A stretch of DNA of 64,000 nucleotides, taken from NCBI GenBank assembly GCA_963710385.1, contig CAVQAB010000035.1, forward strand, positions 8,238 through 72,237. Direction: 5' to 3'. The notes under the pieces were generated by a model. The model searched no databases and was not told the origin of the DNA. It saw only the letters and a program-made list of their open reading frames with translations. Position 1 is the stretch's first letter; each line of letters begins with the position of its first letter. This document shows, one piece after another, positions 1 through 10,569 of the stretch. Both the position numbers and the translations under genes were made by a program. The DNA comes from an uncultured Bacteroidales bacterium. GTDB lineage: Bacteria > Bacteroidota > Bacteroidia > Bacteroidales > GCA-2748055.

Positions 1-1
1 A

Positions 2-680
2 GATCTATTCAATGCGAAGTTTATCAGGCATAGGTTCAATGGTCACATTGAACAGAAAAACTGGGCCATCTTGCAGGCCAGTTCCCCTTATATTCTCTCC
101 CTGGATGCTGATGAAGCTCTTTCCGACGAATTAAGGGCTTCCATTCTGAGGGTGAAAGAAAATTGGACCCATGACGGTTACTATTTTAACCGGCTGACCA
201 ACTATTGTGGGAAATGGATCCGGCATACCAGCTGGTATCCTTCCAGAAAACTAAGATTGTGGGATTCCAGGAAGGGAAGCTGGGGAGGATTTAATCCCCA
301 CGACAGGTTTTTTCTGAATAAAGGAGCCACCCGTATGTTTCTGAAAGGGGATATCCTCCACTATTCCTATTACTCTGTGAGTGAGCACCTGGTTCAGATC
401 AATACCTTTTCCACCATCCTGGCTCGATCCTATTATGAGCAGAGGAAGGCGAGTTCAATTCTTTCAGCATGCTCCTTCATCCATTCTGGCGCTTTATTAA
501 GGACTATTTCATAAGAGCCGGATTTCTGGATGGATATTACGGTTTTATTGTAAGTGTAAATTCGCTCATGAGGTTTTCCTGAAGTATGTGAAACTCAAGA
601 ATATCTATAGGGAAGAAAAAGCATCCCAGAAGACAGACCATTTGTTTTTTCAATACCATGAACACCTGGGGAGGCGGTGA
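2..680 (+). pseudogene. Glycosyltransferase family 2 (GT-A); 5' end outside window; frame-broken
   Basis: The frame is open from the window edge. ORF 71..514 reads ...GHIEQKNWAILQASSPYILSLDADEALSDE... with a DxD-type LDADE motif. The conserved C-terminus (PFWRFIKDYFIRAGFLDGYYGFIVS, then AHEVFLKYVKLKNIYREEK) continues in two other frames, implying at least 2 frame breaks near 470-570. Confidence 0.7.
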
Positions 681-1728
681 GAAATGGCATTTTGATGTGG
701 CCTCATACCTGTGAAACAGCAACACAGGGCTTTGTATATTTCCTCTACCAGACAGTCCCTTATCCGAAAGGCTTAAAGAGATGGGGATCTACAGGGTACA
801 GAATGCGCATTACCAATCTCAGTTTTCTGAATCCCCTAAAGGTTTTCAGGATATCAGAGAATATTTAGAAAAGAAAAGGTAGGTGTACTTGTGACCAACC
901 TTTCTGGTGATATGAAGATTGCCAGCATTGCAGGTAAGATGGCAGGAGTGCCCAAGATCATTTATAGAAGAGGCAGTGCCATTCCCATCAGGAACAGTCC
1001 CATTAACCGGTATCTTTTCAGGCGGGTGATCACGAAGATCATGGCCAATTCAAAGGAGACCAAAAGGACCATCCTTGCCAACAACCAATCGCTGGTCCCC
1101 GACGATAAGATCAGGGTCATCTATAACGGGGTATACCTTCCCAGGTATCATCAGGATATTGAACCTCTTTATAAAGCGGAAACAGGGTGAGATTGTTCTG
1201 GGAAGTGCCGGCCGGTTATCCGAGGAGAAGGGACATCTTTACCTGCTTGAGATGATGAAGTTTCTTCAAAATAAGGGATTTCGATTTAAACTGTTGATTG
1301 CAGGAGAGGGACGGTTGCTTCATTCCCTGCAAAGAAAAGCTAAAAAGCTGGGCGTAGAGGATCAGGTGGAATTTCTTGGTTTTGTTGAAGATATGCCTGC
1401 CTTCTTTCGATCGCTGGATATTTTTCTTCTTTCATCACATTACGAAGGATTTGGATATGTGATTGCCGAGGCCATGGCCAGCAGAATACCCGTGGTTGCT
1501 TTTGATATTAAATCTTCCGGAGAGATCATTTCACATGGTGAAACAGGATTTATTACCGAACGGAACAGTTTCCAGGAAATGGCCAAACGTGTGCTTGAAT
1601 TAGCGGGGAATAAAGCACTCAGGGAAAAGATGGGAAGAAAAGGAAGAAAGCGTGTTGAGGATCTGTTTTCATTTGAAAAGAATCAGGAAGAGGTTCTGGA
1701 TTTGATCACAGGATCTAATGGCCAATAA
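658..1728 (+). pseudogene. Glycosyltransferase family 4 (GT-B, GT1/GT4 type); frame-broken
   Basis: The gene reassembles from several pieces: MNTWGGGEKWHFDVASYL from ATG 658, ...NLSFLNPLKVF..., ORF 891..1190 (IASIAGKMAGVPKIIYRRGSAIP) and ORF 1075..1728 (GRLSEEKGHLYLL...SSHYEGFGYVIAEAMA...GETGF). At least 4 frame breaks are needed to join them. Confidence 0.75.
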
Positions 1729-1746
1729 CTTTCTACTTAGGGACCT

Positions 1747-2645
1747 TTATTCTCCTAGTTCTTTCCTGTACCTTTCCAGGGAGTGTTTCCACCGTCGATG
1801 CGACCAGAGCCAGTATCCGGGTTCTTCACGGATCAGGTTTTCCAGGATCTTCACATGCGCTTCCGTGATATCAAATGGGTTCAGGGTGCTGGGATTTTTG
1901 CAAATGGGTTCAATCTCCACTTCATAACGCCCCCTGCTTACCTTTTCTGATTTTTAAAAATACAACTGCAGCATCCAGTTTTAGAGCGAGTTTTTCAGTA
2001 CCAAGAAAGAGTGGTGTATCCAGTCCAAGGAATTTGGTCCAATATTGGATCTGATTAAACATGGGCCGCTGATCCGACAAGAAATATGGTCAGCACAGGT
2101 TTCTCTTCCCGGTTAAATGTAATCAGTTGTCTGGCAATCTGTTCCATGCGGGTTACCATGACACCAAACCTTGTCCTGTTTTTCTTTGTCATCCTGTCAA
2201 AATACCTGTTTTTTAATGGCTTGTATATCGCCAAAACTGGATATTTCGATACAAGACTCAGGGTGGAGAGGTACTCCCAATTACCATAATGTCCTGTCAC
2301 AGCAATCACCTGCCTTCCCGTTTCGTAAATTTCATTCAGAATCTCCGGATTACGATAAGTAATTCTCTTCAGCGCTTTTGATTCGGAGTAGAAATGGGAT
2401 ACAGCCGATTCCAGTATCAGATCGCACAAGTGATGGTAAAACTTTTTTGCAGTTCGCCTGATCTCCTTTTTACTGTATTCGGGGAACGCATTTGCGATGT
2501 TGGAATACACCACGTTCTTTCTGTAACGAATAACATGATGAATCAGAAGGTAAAAAATATCAGAGATGCAATACAGCAAACGTTCGGGCAAAAAATGCAG
2601 CAGCCAGATGAGGCTGTATGAGATCATATAACCAAGGAGCTTCAT
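1747..2645 (-). pseudogene. Lipid A biosynthesis (LpxL/HtrB-type) acyltransferase; frame-broken C-terminal third
   Basis: ORF 2055..2645 reads LLHFLPERLLYCISD...YSNIANAFPEYSKKEI...AVTGHYGNWEY. The rest (DTPLFLGTEKLALKLDAAVVF; ITEAHVKILENLIREEPGYWLWSHRRWKH) lies in other minus frames down to the stop at 1747..1749. Confidence 0.75.
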
Positions 2646-2648
2646 GGC

Positions 2649-3389
2649 TTAACCCAGCTCACTGATGCGTTCCAGTTTTGGTAAGTCAAGAATCCTTATT
2701 TTCCTGCCATCAATAGCAATAACAGCCTCCTGAGCAAAAGTGGAAAGCGTGCGAATGGCATTGGATGTGGTCATATTGGACAGGTTGGCTACATCCTCGC
2801 GGGATAGGTATATCTTTATGGTTTTATTATCACCTTCGTAGCCATAGGTATCTTTCAGAAAGATAAGGGATTCTGCCAATCTTCCACGAATGTGTTTCTG
2901 GGTAAGGGTGACTGTCCGGTCGTGTGAAAAACCCAATTCAGATGCAAAGGATTGTATAATACTCATGCTCAATTCGGCGTTGCTTCGCATGACTCTGAAA
3001 ACACTTTCTTTATCAACGACACAGGATACACAATCCTCTATAGCCACTGCTGTAGCGGTATGATTCTCTTCTGCAAAGAGGGCTCTGTAACCAATAAATC
3101 CAACGGGTTTGGCCATCCTTACTATTTGCTCTCTTCCACCGACACCCTCTTTAAAGATCTTTACTTTTCCTTCTGCAAGGATCATCAGTCCCATGGGCTT
3201 ATCGCCCTCCTTGAATATGATCTCACCTTTTTTGTAAAAAGCGCAGGTATAGTTTTGTTTAAGGAATTCTTTTTCTTTGGGAGTAAGTACTGTAAATACA
3301 GATTTCGGATTGTCTATGCAATCATCTGCATTATAGCTCCTTTCCTGCATTGTTGTCTGGTTGTTTGTTCGGGTTATGTTGAATAACAC
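2649..3389 (-). CDS. Crp/Fnr-family transcriptional regulator (cNMP-binding plus HTH)
   Basis: 246-aa ORF. It has a cNMP-binding beta-roll (YKKGEIIFKEGDKPMGLMILAEGKVKIFKEG...GREQIV) and a C-terminal HTH (LSREDVANLSNMTTSNAIRTLS). The true start may be the internal Met at 3350. Confidence 0.85.
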   Translation of the reverse strand: MLFNITRTNNQTTMQERSYNADDCIDNPKSVFTVLTPKEKEFLKQNYTCAFYKKGEIIFKEGDKPMGLMILAEGKVKIFKEGVGGREQIVRMAKPVGFIGYRALFAEENHTATAVAIEDCVSCVVDKESVFRVMRSNAELSMSIIQSFASELGFSHDRTVTLTQKHIRGRLAESLIFLKDTYGYEGDNKTIKIYLSREDVANLSNMTTSNAIRTLSTFAQEAVIAIDGRKIRILDLPKLERISELG

Positions 3390-3419
3390 ACAAAAATAGA
3401 AAAAATAATCAATTTCCTT

Positions 3420-5078
3420 TCAATATTTGGCTACCAGTGGCAGGCGCCTCCCCACACCGAAAGCCTTGGAGGAGATCCTTAAAATGGGAGGGGTCTGGTA
3501 ACGTTTATATTCATTCTGATTCACCATACCTATAATTCTTTTGACCAGATCAGGATCGAATCCCAGCTCTACTATCTTTTCAGTATGCAATTGTTTCTCA
3601 ATATAGGCTTCTAGAATCCTGTCCAGTTCATCGTAAGGTGGCAGTGAATCGGTGTCTTTCTGGTCGGGTCTTAATTCAGCTGAAGGAGGTTTAGTGATAA
3701 TGTTGTTGGGGATTACCTCCTTTTCACTGTTAAAAAAAGCGGCCAGGAGGTACACATCGGTTTTATATACATCCCCGAGTACCGACAAACCTCCACTCAT
3801 GTCCCCGTAAAGTGTACCATATCCCACAGCTGTTTCGCTCTTGTTGCTGGTGTTTAGCAGGATATTCCCGAATTTATTTGAAAGTGCCATAAGCAGGGCA
3901 CTCCTGATCCTGGCCTGAAGATTCTCTTCTGTAATGTCTTCAGGTAGCTCCCCAAATAAAGGTTCCAATGCTTCAATGAACTGGTTGAAGACAGATTCAA
4001 TGGGGAGAATGCTATATCTTGCTCCCAGGTTTTGAGCCAATTTCACCGAATCATTAATGCTGTGATCTGAGGAGTACTGAGAGGGAAGCAATAATACATG
4101 TAAATTTTCAGGTCCCAATGCCTCAGAAGCCAACGCCAGGGTCACAGCAGAATCAATTCCTCCGGATAGACCCAGGGTAGCGGTGCTGAAATTCATTTTA
4201 CTAAAATAGTCTCTGATTCCGCATACCAATGCCCCGGCGATCATGGAAATCCGGTCAGGGATCTTCTCTTCAACAGGGGATTGCTTACTCCGGGAAAGCT
4301 CCTCAAAATCAAAGATGTCAAAATCCTCACGGAAGAAACTCAACCTCCTGACCACTTCACCGGAACCATTGATCGCTAAAGAGCCCCCTTCAAAAATAAG
4401 TTCGGTCTGGGCGCCGGTCTGGTTACAATAGAGTAACGGTATGCCATATCGGGTAGCCTTTCCAGTAAAAATTGATTGCTTTACCGCCATTTTCCTGTGT
4501 GAAAAAGGTGAAGCAGAAAGGTTAATGATCAGATCGGGATTTAATCCACTTAACTCTTCCAGTGGATTGGTAGCGTATAGCCTGCTCTTCGAAAATGAGG
4601 TTTCGAATGGTTGTTCATCCCAAAGATCTTCACAAATGGTGATGGCCATGCGTTTTCCCCTGAATTCGAGGAGTTTGAATTCGGTATTTGGTTCAAAATG
4701 CCGGTACTCATCAAAGATGTCATAAGTGGGCAGTAGTGTTTTGCGGAATACTTGCCGAACTTGTCCGCCATTAAGGAAGAAAACAGAATTGAATAACAGT
4801 TTACCCTCTTTGTGCGGATTGAATTCTGGTCCGCCGATCAGTACTCCAATTTGAGGATCGATGGTTTTTGCAATCCTGAGAATAGAGAGGTTACAGGCGT
4901 TTATAAAATCTTCCCGTTCCAAGAGGTCCAGGGGTGGATATCCACAGATGGAGAGTTCTGAAAAAACCACCAGATCGGATCCTTTTTTACTGGCCCGATG
5001 AACAGCATTCATAATCTTTGACAGGTTCCCCTCGAAGTCCCCGATAAAATAATTGAGCTGTGCAAGGGCAATTTTCAT
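3420..5078 (-). CDS. nadE: Glutamine-dependent NAD+ synthase
   Basis: Intact 552-aa ORF. It has an N-terminal nitrilase/CN-hydrolase domain (MAITICEDLW) and a C-terminal NAD synthetase domain with the SGGIDS PP-loop. Confidence 0.92.
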   Translation of the reverse strand: MKIALAQLNYFIGDFEGNLSKIMNAVHRASKKGSDLVVFSELSICGYPPLDLLEREDFINACNLSILRIAKTIDPQIGVLIGGPEFNPHKEGKLLFNSVFFLNGGQVRQVFRKTLLPTYDIFDEYRHFEPNTEFKLLEFRGKRMAITICEDLWDEQPFETSFSKSRLYATNPLEELSGLNPDLIINLSASPFSHRKMAVKQSIFTGKATRYGIPLLYCNQTGAQTELIFEGGSLAINGSGEVVRRLSFFREDFDIFDFEELSRSKQSPVEEKIPDRISMIAGALVCGIRDYFSKMNFSTATLGLSGGIDSAVTLALASEALGPENLHVLLLPSQYSSDHSINDSVKLAQNLGARYSILPIESVFNQFIEALEPLFGELPEDITEENLQARIRSALLMALSNKFGNILLNTSNKSETAVGYGTLYGDMSGGLSVLGDVYKTDVYLLAAFFNSEKEVIPNNIITKPPSAELRPDQKDTDSLPPYDELDRILEAYIEKQLHTEKIVELGFDPDLVKRIIGMVNQNEYKRYQTPPILRISSKAFGVGRRLPLVAKY

Positions 5079-5084
5079 GGTGCA

Positions 5085-5768
5085 TTAAAAGAGGATCCCC
5101 AGATGGATGGAAATCGAATTCATGGTTATATTCGCTTTGTCGCTGTCCGTTACATCCGTAAGTCCGGATGACCAGCGAATTCCTCCAACAGCGGCTGTAC
5201 TTCCTCCCAAACGGTATTCTATCCCGATCCCCGCATGATAACCCAGGTTAAACAGGTTGGTAACCTCGCGGATATTCTCTTTGTTAAACACATCGTCTTT
5301 TGAAGTGGCAAAAGCATTGATGTTGATCATTGGATTGAATCCCACCTGAAGAAAGAGCGTAGCATATCCAAGCTCTTCGGTTTTTAGTTTGAGCCCCAAT
5401 GGGATATCCAGGTATTGCAAATTATGCCTTATGGTTTGTCCGGGTATGGCAAAGAGCGTATCCCCCTTGGATACAAATTCAGTTGAGTCCATATAGCGAA
5501 GGTTGCCACCCATATTATTGATCCCGAAGCCAAGTACAAATGCATAATTCCGGTCGAAAAAAAGATCCATCTGAAGACCCGTTTGAAGGTGAAAAATAGA
5601 GCCTTCAGGTACCACATTTTCTTCATCGGAATTGAACCATGCAAATTGAGGATCTGCATGAACACTGAACTTCATCCGGGACTGCCCGTGAAGCACCAGA
5701 ATTGCTCCCATTAAAAGTGTTGTGATCAATAATCTTCTCATCCAACTCATATTTCTTATTTTTGTCAT
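5085..5768 (-). CDS. Outer-membrane beta-barrel (porin-family) protein
   Basis: 227 aa with a signal peptide, alternating beta-strand pattern and an aromatic C-terminal residue (...SIHLGILF). Confidence 0.65.
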   Translation of the reverse strand: MTKIRNMSWMRRLLITTLLMGAILVLHGQSRMKFSVHADPQFAWFNSDEENVVPEGSIFHLQTGLQMDLFFDRNYAFVLGFGINNMGGNLRYMDSTEFVSKGDTLFAIPGQTIRHNLQYLDIPLGLKLKTEELGYATLFLQVGFNPMININAFATSKDDVFNKENIREVTNLFNLGYHAGIGIEYRLGGSTAAVGGIRWSSGLTDVTDSDKANITMNSISIHLGILF

Positions 5769-5795
5769 CCAGATTAATGTTCAAATTTACATATT

Positions 5796-6812
5796 ATGAC
5801 GAGACCTGTTCAAACCTTGCTGGTTTTTCTGATGTGCATCTCCCTGTTTGTTGCAGGTTGCCGCCGTGATCTCCTTGATGTGGATGTGACAGGGATTGAT
5901 GTTACCGTAAAGGTGGAACGGTTCGATCGGGCCCTCTTCGATTTGGGCCAGGATACCCTGGAAAGTTCCATCGGAACGTTTTATAACAGGTACGGCGATT
6001 TCTTTGATATATATAATGTGCATGTAATTAACATTGGTCAGGCCTCCGCGAGACGCTATTCCTCCTTTCTTTCCATGTTTATTAACGATCCAACCAACAG
6101 GGAAGTATATGAGCAGACCAATAATGTATTCAATTCCATGGATGGGATCAACAATAAACTGTCACATGGATTCAGGCATTACCTCTACCACTATCCCGAT
6201 TCTGTTTTGCCCCGGGTGGTAGGTTATGTAAGCAGGTTCAACCAGGGCTTGCTTACAGTGGGTCATTTTGTGGGTGTTGGACTGGATCAGTATCTGGGGA
6301 GCGATTGCCCCTATTATAAGCAGATGGGATTACCCAATTACATCACCCGGAATAAGGTGCCAGAACGCATCCCGGTGGATGTCATGTACGCCTGGGCCAC
6401 ACAGATATATCCCTATAACGACTCGGTGGACAATGTACTGGCCAGAATGATCCATCAGGGTTTGTTGACCTACTTTGTGGATGCCATGTACCCCGGAATG
6501 GAGGAGCGGATGAAGATGGGATTCACAGAGGACCAGATGAAGTGGTGCAACAATAATGAAAAGCAGATGTGGACCCATCTGGTGGAGGAGAAACTACTTT
6601 TCTCAACGGATCCCCTGGTCATCCGTAAACTTGTTGAGGATGCTCCCCATACAAGATACTATACAGAAGAATCTCCTGGCAGAGCTGCAGTTTGGCAGGG
6701 TTGGCAAATTGTTAAAGCATATGCCGCCAAACATCCGCAGCTATCGCTCCACCGGGTATTATCACAGCGCGATTATCAGGAGATCCTCCGTGGGTCGCGC
6801 TATAATCCCTGA
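5796..6812 (+). CDS. gldB: GldB-like gliding-motility lipoprotein
   Basis: 338 aa with a lipoprotein signal (LFVAGC). Its size, its position beside nadE and its overall sequence character recall Bacteroidetes GldB. This is recognised from memory, not verified by search. Confidence 0.5.
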   Translation: MTRPVQTLLVFLMCISLFVAGCRRDLLDVDVTGIDVTVKVERFDRALFDLGQDTLESSIGTFYNRYGDFFDIYNVHVINIGQASARRYSSFLSMFINDPTNREVYEQTNNVFNSMDGINNKLSHGFRHYLYHYPDSVLPRVVGYVSRFNQGLLTVGHFVGVGLDQYLGSDCPYYKQMGLPNYITRNKVPERIPVDVMYAWATQIYPYNDSVDNVLARMIHQGLLTYFVDAMYPGMEERMKMGFTEDQMKWCNNNEKQMWTHLVEEKLLFSTDPLVIRKLVEDAPHTRYYTEESPGRAAVWQGWQIVKAYAAKHPQLSLHRVLSQRDYQEILRGSRYNP

Positions 6813-6820
6813 TCCTTAGA

Positions 6821-8248
6821 CTAAACTCCTTTTAAACTGGCTGTTGTACTTTGAACGGGTTTACCTCTTGCAAGTGAGGCAAATACTCCCAGCGTACAAA
6901 GAATGGCAAAAATGATAAAAATGGTTCTCATGCTGGACATGAATTCGTTTGACAAATGAGCTGAAATGGCTTGGTTGCCGATAAATATCTGCAGAACCAG
7001 GGTAGCAATTCCCATGCTCATCATCTGTCCGGTCACCCGCATGGTTCCTACTGTGGCGGATGCAATCCCCAGGTACTTTTTATCAACTGCTCCCATAATG
7101 GCATTGGTATTGGGAGATGAGAACATCCCAAATCCAAAACCAACAATGGACAGGATCAGGATGAGGTAGGAGACTGACGACTGCACAGTAAGCAGGGTGA
7201 GCATCACCAGTCCACCCACAATGATCCCCATTCCTGCCGATGACAGAATTCTGGGATCATATCTATCTGAAAGTCGCCCTGAAATTGAGGCCACAATTGC
7301 CATAAGGACCGGTTGTGTGATCAGTATCATTCCTGCATCCCTTGGTGACATCCCCTGTATGTACTGAAGATAGAGGCTCAGAAGAAAAGTAATGGCAAAG
7401 GTTGTGGCATAGTTGATCAGGGCAGCCAGGTTTGAAAAGGCAAACAATCGATTGGATGTAAAAAGAGCCATGTTAAAAACGGGGGATTTCACTTTCATCT
7501 CCATCAGAGTAAATCCAACCAGTCCCAGCAGACCCGCACCTGTTAGAATAATGGCCGATGTTTCCGGTAGCCGTGAAAATCCAAACATGAATGCTGACAT
7601 GGAGAGGAGGTAGATGATGGATCCGGGCAGATCGAATCGCTCTCCTTTTGCATCGGCCCACTCCTCTTTTATATATCTTAACGTGATCCAAATTACCAGC
7701 AGACCAAAAGGAACGGTGGCGTAGAAGATACTTCGCCAACCCAGGTACTGTGTGAGCATTCCACCAAGAAATGGGGCCAGCGAGAGCCCAATGTAGACAG
7801 AAGTTACAGTGAATCCGATCGCTTTGCCGCGTTCCCTGGGTGGATATACTGAGGTGATGATTGCCACACCAGTTCCAAAGACCATTGCGCTGCCAATTCC
7901 CTGAAGTGCGCGAAGTGCTACAAGCATACTTCCTGACTGGGCCAGTGCACATAATATGGAAGTGGTTGTGATGATGATATTTCCGATCAGGAATATCAAT
8001 TTCCGGCCCTTAATATCAGCCAGTTTTCCCAGGGGGACCAGAAAAACAGCAGAAGATAGCAGGAAGGACATGGCCACCCAGCTCATACCAACTGCTCCCA
8101 TGGAGAACTCTTTGCTGATGGCAGGAAGTGCAATGTTAATAGCAGCCCCCAGGAAAGGATTGATAAAGGAGGTAATAATGATCAAAAAAAGGATCAACCT
8201 CCTGGAAGTCCGGCCTTGCTCGATCATTCCACTATTTGTAGCTGGCAA
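6821..8248 (-). CDS. MFS transporter, 14-TMS DHA2 (EmrB/QacA-like) type
   Basis: 475-aa highly hydrophobic ORF with an MFS motif (GKLADIKGRKLIF). The start is more likely Met at 8227, which removes the overlap with the GH3 stop. Confidence 0.85.
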   Translation of the reverse strand: MPATNSGMIEQGRTSRRLILFLIIITSFINPFLGAAINIALPAISKEFSMGAVGMSWVAMSFLLSSAVFLVPLGKLADIKGRKLIFLIGNIIITTTSILCALAQSGSMLVALRALQGIGSAMVFGTGVAIITSVYPPRERGKAIGFTVTSVYIGLSLAPFLGGMLTQYLGWRSIFYATVPFGLLVIWITLRYIKEEWADAKGERFDLPGSIIYLLSMSAFMFGFSRLPETSAIILTGAGLLGLVGFTLMEMKVKSPVFNMALFTSNRLFAFSNLAALINYATTFAITFLLSLYLQYIQGMSPRDAGMILITQPVLMAIVASISGRLSDRYDPRILSSAGMGIIVGGLVMLTLLTVQSSVSYLILILSIVGFGFGMFSSPNTNAIMGAVDKKYLGIASATVGTMRVTGQMMSMGIATLVLQIFIGNQAISAHLSNEFMSSMRTIFIIFAILCTLGVFASLARGKPVQSTTASLKGV

Positions 8249-10553
8249 CTCTAGAATCGTCGATCACCCCAATCCAGTTCAGTCCAAAGGCAAACTCATA
8301 GGTATTCCCTTCCGAATCGGTATAACAGGTCATGTCGCGTGGAACATCTTCGAACTGTTCCTCTACGGTTTTCATATTAACCGGCATTTGAAATGGCAAC
8401 AATCCAGATGGCTCTACATCACCTGAGAGGATATCCATTAAGGCTTGATCCTGCACGCCCATATGGATCAGTATGGCATCAGAGGCAGGTTCTATTTCGC
8501 TAAAAACCATTGGATTGGATACATTTACTACGATCACAACGGGTTTTTCATCCATCCCTTCCCTGGTCTCCAGCACCATTGTCAAATCAAAGCTGTTTTG
8601 TGCAGAAATCGACTTTCCTCGGTAACTCCGGTTTGTGAAATCCTCAAAAGGAGATCCTCCTGCAATACTGGTTTCCCGCGCATCATCAGCCGTGTACGCT
8701 CCATATTGAAGGGTGATGGGGACATATCCATTTCCGCCTGCTTCCAGATCTCCCCGGTCAAAACCGGTTCCACCACTTGGACTGGCAATACCCACCAATG
8801 CAAAATCTGCTTCATCCGCCGTTTCGACCACATTAAAATATTTATTGACAATATCCAGGTTGAAAGGATCTTCCCACCTGTCGGGTGTTTCCCTGCCGAA
8901 CCAATCACTTCCTCCGGCCACATATCTTTGAGGGATATAGACATTCAATTGTTTCTTCACTGGAAGTGCCATTTGTTGGTTTTTAAGCATAACGATGGAT
9001 CGCAATTGTGCTTCATACCCTGCTTTCATAAAATCTGGATTGCCTACGGTCTGCTCAGTTTCTGCTGGATCCAGGTAGGGATTCTCAAAAAGTCCAACAC
9101 GAAAAATATTTCGCAGCAGACGCAGCGCTGATCTTTCGAACCTTTCCCGCATCTGGTTTTCTCCATGTTCAGCCACTCCCATTTCATAGGCCTCAATGAC
9201 CGGTCCCATCGCATTGTTTCCGCCGAACTGATCGATGCCTGCTTCGATGGCCTTATAGTGACGTTCAGCCACACTCATGGTCTCCACACCCCAGCTTTTG
9301 CCCTGAAACATGTCGACTGCTTCAACGTCTCCGGTGATTCCCCAATCGGAGCAGACCACTCCATCGTATCCATATTTGTTCCTGAGCAGGTCAGTAATAA
9401 TATATTCGCTGTAAGCGTTCCCCACATTTTCATTGTACCTGGTGTCCTGGTCATTTGAAATGGTATAGTAGGGCATCACTGCCGATGCAACACCAGTGGC
9501 ACCTTTTAGTTTAAACGCCCCTTCTGTAAATGGCTCCAGGTGGTCCTCCAGGTTCTTACCAGGATATACTGCATATGCACCGTATCCGAAATGGGCATCG
9601 CGTCCACCCTCCTCCGGACCTCCACCGGGCCAGTGTTTTACCATGGCATTGACACTGTGGTACCCCCATCCACCTTCAATTTCTACTATTCCTTCAGAAG
9701 TCTGGAATCCATCCACATATGCCCTGGCCATATCAGCAGCAAGGTGTGGATCCTCTCCCATTGTTCCGTTGAAACGACTCCAGCGTGGTTCTGTGGCCAG
9801 GTCGATCTGTGGCGAGAGGGCTGTGGAAATCCCCAGGGCCCTGTATTCTGCCGAAGCAATCTCACCAAATTGTTTCATAAGTTCGGGATCAAACGAAGCT
9901 GCGATGCCCAGGCTACCTGGCCACATGGAAATTCTACCACCGGCACCGGCATTGTATTCTGCATCAGAATTACTCCTGTGACGGGGATCGGAACTTGTAT
10001 TTACCGGAATTCCGAGCCCAATGCCTTCCACCAATTGTTGGGCATTGTTGTTCCATTGTGCAGCAATGGCGGGACTTTCCACAGAGGTGATCAACACATG
10101 ACGTAAATGATCCGCAGTGAGAAATCCAATCTGCGCATCTGAAAGATCTTCAGCTCCGGCACCGCTTTCTTCAAATGTCTTTCCATCGTAGGTTGCCCCG
10201 AATCGGCCACGACCCCTGGCTGGAATGGACTGGTGAGCACTGTAAAGCATCAAACCTGCCATTTGCTCTACCGACATTTTCTCTATCAGGTCCAATGCCC
10301 GATCATCTAAAGGCAGTCGCCAGTCCTCATATCGATCCAGTGTACTGTTTTTGTTCAGATCTTTGAACGCAAATCCTCTATCTTCTATTATGGTGACTCC
10401 TGAGCTTGGAGCATAACCAAGGGTTTGGCCCCCTTCGTTATTTACAAGGGAATACCCGTCCATCTCGTGGATGTTGTATTTGGGTCCGCAACCAGTGAGC
10501 AAAATGATAGCACAAACAAAGATTGGAATGAGGATGTGCGAGGTGTTTTTCAT
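8232..10553 (-). CDS. Glycoside hydrolase family 3 (beta-glucosidase-like) lipoprotein
   Basis: GH3 N- and C-terminal domains are present (KHWPGGGPEEGGRDAH, VVCSDWG). I place the start at MKNTSHILIPIFVCAIILLTGC (10553). The upstream 82 codons of the listed ORF overlap the K+ channel gene and are discarded. Confidence 0.9.
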   Translation of the reverse strand: MKNTSHILIPIFVCAIILLTGCGPKYNIHEMDGYSLVNNEGGQTLGYAPSSGVTIIEDRGFAFKDLNKNSTLDRYEDWRLPLDDRALDLIEKMSVEQMAGLMLYSAHQSIPARGRGRFGATYDGKTFEESGAGAEDLSDAQIGFLTADHLRHVLITSVESPAIAAQWNNNAQQLVEGIGLGIPVNTSSDPRHRSNSDAEYNAGAGGRISMWPGSLGIAASFDPELMKQFGEIASAEYRALGISTALSPQIDLATEPRWSRFNGTMGEDPHLAADMARAYVDGFQTSEGIVEIEGGWGYHSVNAMVKHWPGGGPEEGGRDAHFGYGAYAVYPGKNLEDHLEPFTEGAFKLKGATGVASAVMPYYTISNDQDTRYNENVGNAYSEYIITDLLRNKYGYDGVVCSDWGITGDVEAVDMFQGKSWGVETMSVAERHYKAIEAGIDQFGGNNAMGPVIEAYEMGVAEHGENQMRERFERSALRLLRNIFRVGLFENPYLDPAETEQTVGNPDFMKAGYEAQLRSIVMLKNQQMALPVKKQLNVYIPQRYVAGGSDWFGRETPDRWEDPFNLDIVNKYFNVVETADEADFALVGIASPSGGTGFDRGDLEAGGNGYVPITLQYGAYTADDARETSIAGGSPFEDFTNRSYRGKSISAQNSFDLTMVLETREGMDEKPVVIVVNVSNPMVFSEIEPASDAILIHMGVQDQALMDILSGDVEPSGLLPFQMPVNMKTVEEQFEDVPRDMTCYTDSEGNTYEFAFGLNWIGVIDDSRVASYK

Positions 10554-10569
10554 GGGTATATGTTTTCCA

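Noticed and set aside
8445-10366. Several long plus-strand ORFs (8445..9131, 9165..9458, 9496..9981, 9540..10106, 10175..10366)
   Set aside because: All lie antisense to or inside the well-supported GH3 gene. Their low-complexity, S/P/R-rich translations are typical of shadow ORFs.
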